Source of the DNA: Catajapyx aquilonaris
Taxonomy: Eukaryota
DNA length: 36,379 nucleotides
NCBI GenBank assembly: GCA_000934665.2
Contig: KZ538028.1
Coordinates: 124,001 to 160,379 of the forward strand
Direction: 5' to 3'
Position numbers and translations under genes: made by a program. The notes beneath the pieces are model-generated. The model saw only the letters and a list, made by a program, of their open reading frames with translations, had not been told where the DNA came from and did not search any database. This document shows positions 1 to 12,514 of this stretch, in pieces; positions within the stretch are counted from its first letter, which is position 1, and each line of letters begins with the position of its first letter.

Positions 1-947
1 AAACCTGGTTTCGGGCGCATTATAGTCACCGCTACGTACACCACAAAAAGCCAAAATAACTGATTAATGTATTACTAGTGCAATATTGCCATGTAACGAC
101 TATATATATAGAAATAGAATAGCTTACCCTGTGCTATAACCTATAAGGAAAGAAGCATCCATTCAATAAAAACATATAGACCTATTGTGTGATGGGCTAT
201 AATTATCAAGCAAGGTTACACAAAATAACTGACATAGGCTAATTACTTTACAACCATGTAATAAACTGGAGGGTGTCATAAATCGCATCTTGGAGGCACA
301 CTGTGTTTAGAAGATTTTTGCTGTGCACTACGTTGACCAAATTTCACTAAACTTTGGAAACTGTGCACCTTTACCAAACGGTAGGCCTATACTTACAAGT
401 TGGTGGTGGTGAGTTATAGTAACTGACGTAAATAATTTAATCCCCTTTTATAGGCCTTATAGCAATGTTCCACACAGGCCTACGTAAATTATTGTGCTAA
501 ATGTGAAATGCATGATATGTATAAATTATTCAATTTGTGCAGATTCGGAGAGGCTGCTAAGGACTGAATTCGCCTATATCAGCTGGGTGTGCACATATAC
601 TCACCATAATTTATCAACTGTGAGAGACCCGAGGGGACAGGTTGATTTTAGTTAGTCTGTAATGGTACACTGTAGTAGGAACTTGAACGTCGAGAGATAA
701 AGGAAATGTCTACAAGGGGAATGAAACACCTGTGTTTCGTGGGAATATGGAAAGAGTTGGCATATTTCAAAGGATGCACTCATATTTTGACATTAATATT
801 TCAACATGAAGAGTGCATGGTGTACAATATTGTTGTTTTTTGCAAGTTCCATTTTCACTTAGGGTGCTCTGTTGAGTTTGTTATATCGAGATGCAGATAA
901 TGAAGATGAGGCTAGGTGTTTACGTGATGGCCATCAAGCTGAGCTGG

Positions 948-991
948 CCATCCATCCATACATCTGTCTATCCATCCGTCCGTCCATCCAT
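948..991. repeat. Degenerate (CCAT/CCGT)n tetranucleotide microsatellite
   Basis: ccatccatccatacatctgtctatccatccgtccgtccatccat, read directly. Confidence 0.8.
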
Positions 992-1493
992 TTGTAGAGG
1001 GGGGCCCAGCGCGGACAAAATAAATGAGCCATTAAGAGTTGCCAAACAACAAGAAAGAAAGAAGAGCGGAAAAGGGAACGAAGCAGGAGAGAATAGGAAC
1101 TTCCTTCCTTGTATACCCACCACCACCGCCCCCGTCATCCTCTCTTCTTTCCATCCCACTAAGTGATGAAACTGCTTTCTCCTCCTCCCACCACCATCGC
1201 CCCCTCCCCCCCTTCTGAAACTCCGGAAAGCTTCCTGGCCCAAACTTTGCTCCTTCCCTTTCTTTTTATTAGTTTTCCTTATTGAATTAACTTATTGGCT
1301 GGAAGAGAGCCGCCTTCCCGCTCTTTTATGTCCCGCCTTCTTCCTCCACCCCCCTCCCCCCCCCCGCCAACCCTCCCATTTCAACCATGGCCTCATCAAT
1401 TAACTCGTCTCATCTCGGCTACAAAAGGCCTAAAATGTCGCAAGCTGAGCTGCCAAGATATCTTAACACCAATACTGCCATCCCAAGAAGAAA

Positions 1494-1602
1494 CCAAAAC
1501 TAGTAAGGGTGAAAGTCGCATGCATGCCTTGCACTAATCCCCCTTGACTCATGAGGGATTAGTGCAAGGCATGCATGCGACTTTCACCCTTACTAGTTTT
1601 GG
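1494..1602. repeat. Near-perfect 109-bp palindrome (48-bp perfect arms, 13-nt spacer); foldback/MITE-like
   Basis: 1494-1541 ccaaaactagtaagggtgaaagtcgcatgcatgccttgcactaatccc is the exact reverse complement of 1555-1602. Spacer ccttgactcatga contains TGACTCA. No unambiguous target-site duplication. Confidence 0.95.
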
Positions 1603-2380
1603 AGGTGTTTCTCATTGGGACGGCAGGACGTCGCTGACTATTTAAAAAATGGTTGTGTATGTAATTATGTACCAAATTTTTAGGGGCCTTTGACCTGTAA
1701 AGCTGTGGGTGCCATACAGTGATGGTAGCAAATCCACCTGAACCATTTGTCACGTTTAAGGAAAAGTCTTCTTGTTCTTCTCAAAAAGAGCGTCCTTTTT
1801 TTTTCCCCCCCAAGCTTTTTCACCCCACCAACTATTTTTCTCCATTTCTACAAAAGAAAAGCCGCCAATTGGAGACGATGCCAAATCGACACGCCCAATT
1901 AATCCCCCCTCCCTACCCCTCCCGCTTCCATCCTCCGCCTTCCCCTCCGTTGGACTCTGGTGCAATTCCTTCTTTTTAACTTTTGGAAGTGGATACTCTG
2001 GGTGGATGCAGCCCATTCTTGATTTGCTCTGCTGGAGGGCGGAGGGCAGGTAGGGGAAGGGTTGGGTGGGTTAATGGCATGGTTTCGTGGGTGGGTCAGT
2101 GGAGTCGAGTAAAGGTAGCCTAGCGTAACACACGTGCTCTGCTTCAAAATCTCTAATACCAGAGCTAACAGGCATCCGGAGGCAAACTTCATTTTGTTCC
2201 CCACTGAAAAAAAGGGGGGGGTCTTTCTCCAAGCGTGAACGTGGTCCTGCAACTTTCCGGGGTCATAATTTCCCTCCAATGAATGCTGTGTTGGCAACAT
2301 TTAATTCTGGGTACAGTCCTTGCATTCTCGTGGACTCCTAACTTACAGCCCCTCTCTTATGGAATCCTACCTGCAGGCTG

Positions 2381-2780
2381 TAAACACGAGAATGTACGAA
2401 CTGACAAGAATAAGCGCGAAATTAACTAAACTGGCACGAGCTTACCCGAACTGGCACGAACTTACCCTAACTGGCACGAACTTGCCCGAACCTGCACGGG
2501 TGTACCCGAACTTGCACGAGTGTACCCGAACTGGCACGAGCTTACCCGAACTGGCACGAACTTACCCTAACTGGCACGGGTGTACCCGAACTTGCGCGAG
2601 TGTACCCGAACTGGCACGAGCTTGCCCGAACTTGCACGAACGTACCCGAACTGGCACGAGCTTGCCCTAACTGGCACTAACTTGCCCTAACTGGCACGAG
2701 CGTACCCGAACTTGCACGAACGTACCCGAACTGATACGAACGCACACAAACTGGCACGAACTTTCCCGAACTTTTCCCAA
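2381..2780. repeat. Minisatellite: 10-bp monomers in 20-bp units (consensus about CTGGCACGARCTTACCCGAA)
   Basis: 17 clear 20-bp units at 2431-2770 with no indels, plus degenerate units at 2381-2430 and 2771-2780. The 2320-2670 ORF is a by-product of this repeat. Confidence 0.95.
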
Positions 2781-5700
2781 CCACACAGAATCGTATCACA
2801 ATTCAAGTGGGGTTGTGCTTGTTCAAATTTTTTTTTTTGAGTTGATTCGATTGAAATGCGCTGTCATTTTACATCTGTCCTGATAAACTCCCTCTGGAAG
2901 GGCCTGTCCTTTTATACACATCCTCTTTTTTGAAGCTTGTCGCGTGCGAGCATGTCGCTGGAGGCGGTGCAGATATGGGAAGTCGTCCCGCAAATGGTCT
3001 GTCTGGCTTGACCATGACGGAGATGAATTCGGGAATTCACAGCAGTCCCCCCTCTCATTTGTAACTGATGCCAAAGGAGTGTTTAAAAAAAAAGAGGTGT
3101 ATGTCTGGCAGCTTGACCCGAGCCGCTTGAGTCTATAGGTTCATAGTGAAAAGGGTGGGTGGGAATCTTCACCCAGTACCCCCCCTCAACCACACCGGTC
3201 CGCACTGCGTCACTGCAACCCTCTTCGACCCCCCNCCCCCCCCCCCCCTCAACCAGCACGGGCTTAATAGAGCCCAGCACACTCTATGTTCCCGGGACCT
3301 ATTCATTTGTTACCCTCATACACGACTTCCCTCATCGTCCCTTCATAGTCGCAGAAATGACCCGTATGGGTATGCACATTTTGCACATTACTACATGCAT
3401 GTCAGGTGCAGCAGCATACAATGGAAACCACTGCACCAACCTGTCAGATAGAGCAAGGTCCACTAATTAAAACTGTAGACTTGATGAGGGGAAGATGCGG
3501 AGAATAATGTTTAGCAATCTAATGCTCCTGCTGGGAAACCGTCATTCTCCTCTTGCTTTATTGGAGTTTCCTGGATGCCTGTCAATTTCTTGAACTTATA
3601 AGGTAATATATGCCCTTGCCAGCTGCCTATATTTCATTGTCTATGGCCTCTATGCTCATCTTCATGGCGGCTTAGGATGGGGCCATGTTCCTGTTGTAAT
3701 GAGATGCCTACTGCAGGATAATGGCTATATCAGCAGGGCGACCCACCGTCATATGGGGAGTAATAATCTGGGCAAAAACCACGTTGAATTATTAAAGTGC
3801 AGCAGATACGCTCTAATTCAAATTTTTTTTAAAAAAATATGTTAATCTTCGTTATGTAACCATAGTGGTTCAAAGTTTGGACAGCTTTTCATGTGGCAGC
3901 TTGGTGACATTCTTCTGCTCTGTGGTTGTTATATTCGACCTGCTTCATTGAAGCGGTTGACGGAAACATAGGGTTTATTTTGGAGATTGGCCGAGAGTTG
4001 GGGGAAAGGTTTGACAGTGTTAGGAGGTGCACACACTAGGCTGACGAAATATGTTTGGAATCCAGCCATAACTTTCTGCCGCACCTAACAAATGAGGATC
4101 TGAAAACGAGGTGACAGTTTTAAGTTTGTATGTTTTTATCTCTCTCTTCAACACTGGAAGAGCCCCCCCCCCCCTTCCCCCAAACAGTACCATTATCTTC
4201 TTTAAAATGAAATATTCATTGTCAAGTTGCAAGAGGGGGCTATGCAAAGCACATATTTTTCGACAACTACAAAAACCTGTTGTAAGTATAATAAAGTGAT
4301 AGTGGTTGGTTGCAGCTCACTTTACGCCAGCTTTACGCCGAAATTGCGACCTGTGTTAGAGAATTTATACAGTACTTGACTACTTCACCATGTGGCGGTT
4401 CCGGTACAGTGTCATCGTTTGCAAGTAGCCCCCCTTTAATCCGTTTAATACCACGCACTATATCTGGGGTAGCCCGAGAGTGCATTGTTGATATGGTGTT
4501 GGTTTTTTTTTGTTTGCGTGAGTGGCATATGCAGCATCGGAGAGGCAGTGACACTCTCTGGTTCATACGCGATTCTGCAAGTGACCCACATCAAAAAAGC
4601 CGGTGTTATCCACCCACCAGGGCATTATTACATTCCAGCACGGCTATCCACCAGGCTGCTTCTGTGTGTGCATGCAACACTGGCATTATTTAATCAGGCT
4701 AACGCGGCCTAGCAGTGATTAACAGCAATGAATACCGCGGCAATGCTGCCATTCTGTAAACTGATTGGAGGGAGAAAAAAATTGTCGAGAGCCAACGATT
4801 CGGGAATAAATAATTATCAATTTTCAAAAACAAAAAAAAAAGGCAGGAGAATGCATCGTGCAAACAAAGTCTTTATGTTCCGTGTCCAATGATGCCAATT
4901 ACATTACGTGTACCGGCAGTGGACATTGAATGCGAGGATCGAGCGGAACATGCGGAGCAAATCACTGTGGAACAGGACATGATAGCTACTTTTATTGCAT
5001 CGGACACAGCAGGCGTACTCTTTCAGTTGCGGGGAAAAAAAAACATACGATTTGTACTCATGAAATATTTTGAACAAAATGAGAGTGACATTACTCTCGT
5101 ATGCAGGTGGTGTCGTTTAATAAGCAACGTTACTTCGTGTTGAATTATGGGGTAGTACTCGGTGGCGTACTGTAAGTACCGTACATTTTACAGGGCACTA
5201 GAATAATTTACATTGCTAAATGGATTCTGTTTTGATGGTGCGTATGCATGCGTTGCGTGAGGTCAACATTATGCATGATAGTAGTTTCGGATAGTTTGTA
5301 CGTTTCAAGTTCAAGTGTTAAAGAGTACACTGCAATATTCATGTGTACTGTATTGACGGTTATGTTCAAGTGTCTTTTCATGTGTCCAGAAAAAGGCGTC
5401 CCATGCAATGACACCCCAATTTCTAGAAATAGGACAGCAGGTGCAATTCCGGAAATAAATATGACAATCGTTCCCGGGGGCGGCTTGCTTTCATGTTAGG
5501 TGCCAATATGATTCTGAGAACAGGCAAGTGAAATTACAAAGCATGAAGGGAAAGTAATTGCGACGCATCGATTTTCATGTCTGCCATGAAAATATTTGGT
5601 GCGTGGATTGTAAACCCTGAGATGAGTGGACACCTAAGAAAAGGTGAAGGACACCTCGTGAAAGGCTCCGGTAGTCGGTGCCTTCAAAGTGTGACAGTTC

Positions 5701-8300
5701 ACGCCAGACTCTTTGCAACTAATTTGCCTGTCACCCAGATTGAAGTTCTGTCTCTTGCTGGAGGTATAGGGTAGCGGCCATGTGTTAATGAGAGTGTGTT
5801 TTATCCCACTTGGGTTTTAATGTGTCACTAGGGGATGATATGGGAGGTCTGATATTTCATTCCGGGGTATACACTGGGCTCAGTGCGAGGCTGAAAAATT
5901 ATACCTGCTCTACATTGTTAAGTGCAGGTATTCTCATGTGTTTTGTTTCAGCCTATTTTGGTACCAAATGCGGCTCAAAAAAATCGCATAGAGAACTATA
6001 AAATTATTATGCATAATATGTTTCTCAGTTTATAGGAATTTTAGCCCTTCCTCTCTGGTGTTTATCAAGTAGTGTTTTTCTATTCGTGGCATCAGGGCTC
6101 TATTGATATTCAAAACGTCTTGCAGAACTTGATGTGGGAAACCAAGTTACTCAGCTCTTTCATTCAACTAGGCAGTGAGGGGTGGCCCAAGAGACGCTCA
6201 ATTACTAGGAGCTTGAATTATGAATTTAATGTAACGTTTTCAATTCCAGGGCTTCGAATTAGCATTGCCTATGTTTTAATAGTTTATCAGGAGGTTAATT
6301 ATTTGGGACGGAAATTGTCACACATGCAGCTGTAAATCCGTTCCCAGCATGCAGCTGGTGGAAATATTCAGTTTGTGCTGCACACACAAAACGTTTTGGC
6401 ACAACAAAATGTCATCTCAGGACATATTCTGCTGCAAAAATATGTGTACCTATTTTTATGCATAGTTAATCCTGCATAGAAAATTTATGTATGGAAAATT
6501 CAAAGTATTTTGTGCAACTGTTGCATCCACTTTCTGAGCTATAGAAAATGTGTTAAATTTTAATTACGTGTGCTCGGATTTTATTATATTAATAGCTCTA
6601 TGATGCATAAGTAATGGAGTTTAAAAAATAGTGAATTGGCCCTCTAGTTTCTGTACACACTTGTGCCTTTGCCAGCTTGGGCTCAAAATCAATACTTTTA
6701 TGATTACCTGACGCAGTTAGGGCAACACTCAAAAGTGGAGCGACTGTGGTAATGAACACGGATTGTAACTGAATCACTGGCTTTAAAAAAGATCCCGCGA
6801 ATCTCCATACTTTGAGAGAGGCCAAAAAAAATGTATTTGTGAAAATCGATGTGTTTCAACCGTAAATGGATTCCTAACAATTGGGACTAGCTTGTGTCGG
6901 GACATCCGCTTTTCACATGATGCAACAGGGATCATGGGACTGTTTTCATTTTTTTGCCTGCATTGTTTTTGTTATCTGTATGACTTAAGCATAAGTACAT
7001 CTGATCTGATTATCCAGGTTTAGCATTTTGTTTATGAATTTTTGCATTTTGAAGGAAGCTTCTGTGATGATTATTATGCAGCTAGCTTATTTACCTGATG
7101 GCTTACTGTTTTTTCATCTTAAAAGCCGGTTGTACAGTATATTTTCTCAGAACTTACAACCTTATTTTTTCACAGTATTGCCATCCCCGGGAAGTCATGC
7201 ATTTTTTAAAATTCCCAGTATATTCACTTGGTCTATTCGCTGAAAACTGTCAGTTGCCATAGATTCCTGGATCAGCCTCATTCACGTTGCGTGCCCTTTT
7301 TTTGTGTAGAATCCGATCATTTATATAGAGCAGCCTAAGTTAGGCTTGATTGAAAACCATTGCACAGGTTTTAAAGCCTGAGAGTGCTGTGTCATTTCCA
7401 CGTTGTAATGAAAGAAAGGTATTGCTTTTTCCATTAAAATATTTGTGTAGCGCAGGGCAAGTGCCATTATGCTCAGGGGATTTTTGAGCAACATTGAAAA
7501 CCCCTTTCAAACCACTCAATATCCTGGGATATTGTAGATGTACCCTGCTGATTGATAACGTCGATTTTTTTTTTTTGCGTCCACAACGCCGCATTTTGTA
7601 ATGACGTCCTTTTCATATACTCTTCAGTTTAGAGAGAGAGAGGGGGGGGGGGAAATGGGGACACGCAATCGATATGTCATAGTCCGATAGAAAATAATTG
7701 GATTGATCATTGATGTATACCCTCCGAACGCGATGGAAATTAACAACATTGAGCGACTGAATTGAAGCACACACCATTTGTGTGCACGCTGCTTTTGTTG
7801 TTTTCTACTTCCGTATACAGTCAGTCATTGCTTGGACTATAATCAAACTAGTTATACGCAGGAAAATGTGCATGTATGTTGCTTGCATAATATTATAGCA
7901 AGATCTGGAATTTGGCTGAAAATGATTGCTATAACCACGGATAATATTCAACGTGTGGCTGGCAGACGGAAAGGGTCTGGAATATGGTGATTTAGGACTA
8001 ATTCCTGACAGGGAAATGACTGAGGCAATATTTTAAAATTTTGTAACGTCAGCTTGAAATGTGACTGATGTGAGAAAAGTCACGCACGTTTTTTTGTTTT
8101 TTGTTTAAAAAGGTTTGCGCTTAGTTTAATCAGCTGATTACTCAAATATTTCACCTAATGAAACCATTTTTTACGAGGTACTTTGAAACTAGCATTTCCT
8201 GCTAAATTAGTCTTAACATGATCACCTGGTCATTATTATTACTTAAATTATGCTCGGGTGCCACATTTGTGTCATGTCATCTGGTATTTACTGTACAGTG

Positions 8301-8339
8301 TATGTACCGACTTGGAGGTGGCATTTTGTGATCAAAAAA
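8301..8339. mobile_element. Terminal fragment of MITE family A
   Basis: tatgtaccgacttggaggtggcattttgtgatcaa matches the family A terminal inverted repeat (TIR) seen at 15500, 21194 and 22693. Confidence 0.8.
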
Positions 8340-8402
8340 CGTTACGCATATTGGGGAACCCCAAGTGGTAACCGGACCTAACCTAATATTCCTTCCTTAC
8401 AG

Positions 8403-8512
8403 ATACAGCCCCGTCTTCAGCGGATACACCCCCATCGTCAGCGGATACAGCCCTGTCTTCAGCGGATACACCCCCATCGTCAGCGGATACATCCCCATCT
8501 TCAGCGGATACA
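8403..8512. repeat. 21-bp tandem repeat, about 5.3 copies (CAGCGGATACA-[C/G/T]CC[C/T][A/G]TC[G/T]T)
   Basis: Units such as cagcggatacacccccatcgt and cagcggatacagccctgtctt alternate. Confidence 0.95.
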
Positions 8513-8525
8513 AACACCTATGAGA
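8403..8525 (+). CDS. Candidate isolated internal exon encoding S/T/P/D-rich heptad repeats: (D)TAPSSAD TPPSSAD TALSSAD TPPSSAD TSPSSAD TNTYE
   Basis: Branch-like CTAAC at 8378-8382, then the pyrimidine tract ttccttcctt and acAG ending at 8402. Donor GA|GTAGGT at 8526 gives a 123-nt symmetric phase 1-1 exon; AG|GTGAGC at 8530 is an alternative. Repeat unit is 7 codons, and several differences between units are synonymous in this frame (TCT/TCG, CCG/CCA). No partner exons identified. Confidence 0.4.
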
Positions 8526-8700
8526 GTAGGTGAGCCGGTTGTGGGGACCACTTACTGTCGAGAGAAAACATTGCAATGTGTCGGATCACCCTGTACTTTT
8601 TTTTTGTCAATTTCCTTCAGGACCATTAGCCCACTTTTCCACTGCATTTTCGCTCCAACTCCCTTCCAGATTCCCTGCCTAAATTATAAAATATGGATAA

Positions 8701-8703
<3 letters not shown>

Positions 8704-8752
<49 letters not shown>
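8704..8752. repeat. (CT)n microsatellite, about 24 units
   Basis: Uninterrupted ctctct run. Confidence 0.98.
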
Positions 8753-8757
<5 letters not shown>

Positions 8758-9035
8758 ATGCACCTTATAGAAAAGTTTCTTCCTTCCTTTTCTTCAATAA
8801 CCATGCACATCCTTGAAGAAGAATAGTCGTAAAAAATATTCTTTCTTCCCGAAATAGTCCTAGACACTGCGGGATGAACAGAAAGAAAAATGGCAACCGT
8901 GAATATGTGGATGCTGGACAGTCGGACGGACAGATTGATGGTGATGCTGGAAGGGTGGATAGACGGATGAAGAAGAAGAAGAAAAAAAAAAGTTTTAGGA
9001 AGATGGGGAAAAAGAGTGTGGGCGCGGGCGCAAAG

Positions 9036-9125
9036 GAGTGATGGTGGGTGTGGGTGTAGGTGGGTGGGGAGTTTATACGGCGCCGTCGCCGGGGCTTTTG
9101 GGCTGGGCTGGGCTTGGGTTGGGTT
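9036..9125 (-). promoter_or_regulatory. Possible RNA polymerase II core promoter (TATA box in a CpG/GC-rich block)
   Basis: Minus strand has TATAAA at 9077-9072 in GC-rich context (cggcgacggcgccgTATAAActcccc) and an Inr-like TCACTC at 9041-9036. The spacing is about 38 nt, longer than canonical. A pyrimidine-rich, 5'UTR-like stretch follows toward 8760. Confidence 0.3.
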
Positions 9126-12100
9126 GTGCCAGGGCAGGAGGGTGCTCGCTGGTTGCATCGGCCCGTCGCTGCCAAAACGCTAGCAAAGTTCATCAGACTC
9201 GGACTTTTTTTTTCTGGGAGAAATCGTATATTTGGGAGGGGGGAAAAAAAAGTCGCGGACTTTTGTGCGACAGTGCGCGGACCTTTTTTGGGTTCAATTT
9301 TTTATTATGTAAATAATTGTTTTTCGGTTTTTTTAATTATCCAGAAGTAGTGTCCTGTGAGTGTTTGGTACTTTTTATACACCCGATTCTTTTCTCGTCG
9401 AGGGACAGCTTGCTTATAAGGAGAGCCCTCGCAGGTCAGTCTGGTTGCATGACATCTTATATTAAAATTTTCAGCGCTCTTTGTACTGGCGGGTTAATAA
9501 ATATATGTGCAAACTTTCAGTTTTATATACAAGAATTAATTACGGATTTACACACAAAAAAATTAGTTCGAGAGATAAGATTCACATGATTGTCCGACTC
9601 TTCAGTGTCTGTTGGTGACATGTTTTTGTTTCTTAGGCAAGTTTCCAGAGGGTGATATATTTGGCGTGGGTCGTCACACAAAACAAGAGGTGATACCGGG
9701 TACTCGGTCAGTGCAATGACACGTTTGGCTTGAAGCCCACCCTGGGCACAGTAGACTGAGCATCGCCCAATTAACCCGAGGGGGGTAGGCATATCGGAGA
9801 GGTCTATTTCACTGATGGGAGATAAGGGTGACATCCGTGTGACCTCGACGTTGACTCCCCCACTGTATTTAAATAATGCGGTGTGTAAACTATTCAATGA
9901 AAGTTTCAAAGGTACACATCAGAGTGTAAACACGGTGTTTCCATTCAGCGACCTCAGATTAGGAAGTAATAAGGGTGAGCGACCCGAACATGCCTAGGGT
10001 TCACTATGTATGCGTAGTTTGTAGACGGATGCCGTTGCTAGCATTTTAGCAATTAAAAAGCTTTTTTTTCCCCAGCTATCGTGCTGGCGTAAAAGAGTCA
10101 TTTAGTGGGCGCAGCGTGATTGGTGGTGGCGTTGATTGCCATGCAAAGTGTTGGGGGGTGGGTGGGAATATGGGTGGGTTTGTTTGTTGCCTAAAAAAAT
10201 TCCGTCACATTCTTTCAATTTAAATCTATCATTAGATTAACTTGTACCAATTTGAACCAAATTGTTGCAATTTTTTATATATATCACATATGCGAGTCAG
10301 TTTCAAGTGATGGACGTTTCTTCTTGAAAGATTTGTGTGGTGCAGGATTTTCTTCTCATGTCATGCGGCATTGTCAGATTGGCAGCAGATGAAGGCTAGG
10401 CAAGCTTGGACGAATGAGAGATCCAATCGATTGGCCCATCAGGCCCATTTTTCAACTCTGCGCAATAAGGACACACGCAGGGCACGTCACCTAGCTATCT
10501 TCGCCACCTCTATTTTTTTTTTCACCACTATCGTAGTTACAACGAGATAACACTAAATTAATCCAAGCATTCAACATAAATCACTATAGGGCCATTTATT
10601 TCGAAAATTCCGAAAATTCCGAAAAAATGACGCTAATTGATACTGTACGGTCCTACCTTCAAACTGTCGCAGTACAGTAAAGCTGACCAGTCTACTGCAA
10701 TGACAAGTTTGTGCATAGCAGGTGCGGTCATTCTCAGGCGGCCTAGTGCCGTTTTGTCCGCAAAAGTGAAACCCATGGAAGCGGAATTGATTGAAATGTG
10801 GACTGGGGAAAAAGTTGGGACTGCAGTCGGTCAAACACTGCCTGGGACCATGTCCAGCATTAAGTGAACACACACACACACACATACAAAAAGGTGGTCA
10901 GACCCCCCCCCCCCATTTGGGTTATTANTAAATAATTAGGAAATTCGGAAGGTATTAATTCGACCTATTAGCTCTGTGCTCTAATTAGGGAGTAAATGCA
11001 ATCAGTTTTAAGTACCTGGAATTTTTCAGGTAGGCTTCTGAAATGCTTGTTTGGGATGGTACATGGTGGTTTGCCGAATTTTCCATCACATACCGAAATA
11101 AATTGCCAAAATTATGTCATATTAAGCACATGAGAGATTCTCACACATTTAATGAATAAATTATTGGCAGAAATTGACTCATCAATTATTTTGGACAATT
11201 ATCCTCTGATTTTTTGACACATTCTTAACACTATTTGTGATTAGGGCATCTCTGTAAATAACAAGGGTTGGAGGTGTCAGGTGTGGGTGATTACAGTTTA
11301 CATAATGCTCTGCGGTAAGTGGTTAGACTCTCCTTTGTGCAGCTAGTGTTACTCCCAGTTTTTGACCTAATTTAGAGGGCACATGCCAGGTACCGCACCC
11401 CTTTTTTTTCTTCTCCAAATCAAATCCGGGGGAATTATTTTTGCAATGATCCACATGAAAGCAGGAATGAAAGCACGCTAGAATGTTTTTGAAGGGGTGG
11501 CGTGGAGTTAACAAGAAAAAAGTGATAATGTTAACTCTGTGAGGTATACGGATGAAATTAAAATGTGCCCCCCCCCCCCNCCCAAACTTTCAGGGAAGCG
11601 AAAGGTTGATGAAATCACTGCGGACCTAATTTAATTATGTAATTTTTGTTCAAAAATTTGCTGCAAACCCTTTGTCACATTATTTTTTCATAGACTTGGA
11701 CACAGTGTTGGCATGTTTTCCAAATGAAGTGTGATAATCTTTCATTAGCTATTTCTCCAACCAAATATGAAACGCAAAATAAGTGAATTTACATATCAAA
11801 GCTGACTTTTCCTTTCACCTGCAAATGATTTGGAGTCGACTGGTATATGGCAATACCACCTATTTAATCAAACGCCACATGCAAATACCGTTCATGCAAT
11901 CATATCAATATTAATTGAATTACCCCGGAATTACCACACGTTCAAAAGGCCTCAACTGTACTATATCATATTCTGACACATTAGGTGTAATATGTATCAC
12001 TTGGCTTTGTTTCACAATCTACTCGCTTTACAACCACAGATCCCATTTCGGTCCAATTCTCGTCTTGATTTTCACCCAGAGTGGTACTGCACGAGGCGGT

Positions 12101-12471
12101 TCATGAATTACGCAACGCTGTTTTCGGTCCCCACTTTTTGTGTGTGTGTGTGTAACTAACCAGTCTCATAGAAACGTGTCAAACTAGTGAGACCTTCTAA
12201 AACTACGTAACGACAACGACCAAAGGGGTCAATTTCTGTCAACCCAACGATACTTCACCAAAATGATAACAACAAGAACATAATTAAGTTAGACACCCCG
12301 TGTGAACCAGCCATATATTAGCAAGTAATTCGATAAGACTTTTCATGTCGTTGCTATCAAATGAGCAAGTGAGATAAAGTGTTTTTTGGCCATTGAGTGA
12401 GGAAAAGAGGTATGTCTGGCTAGCTGGTGGCAGCACCAGAGGCCAATTAGCCCTGTTGCCCCCCCCCCCCC

Positions 12472-12514
12472 NNNNNNNNNNNNNNNNNNNNNNNNNNNNN
12501 NNNNNNNNNNNNNN
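12472..12514. other. Assembly gap (43 N) within a poly-C tract
   Basis: N run flanked by C13 and C16 homopolymers. Confidence 0.99.

Noticed and set aside
543..586. Possible small exon after ttgtgcAG (DSERLLRTEFAYISW)
   Set aside because: Weak donor and acceptor, and no recognisable peptide.
2320..2670. 116-aa ORF with repeating peptide; array superficially CRISPR-like
   Set aside because: The 20-bp unit cycles through reading frames, and there are no unique spacers or cas genes. It is a minisatellite.
9610..9990. Possible solo LTR (TGTT...AACA ends, TATTTAAA inside)
   Set aside because: No matching 4-6-bp TSD, no PBS or PPT, and no second copy.
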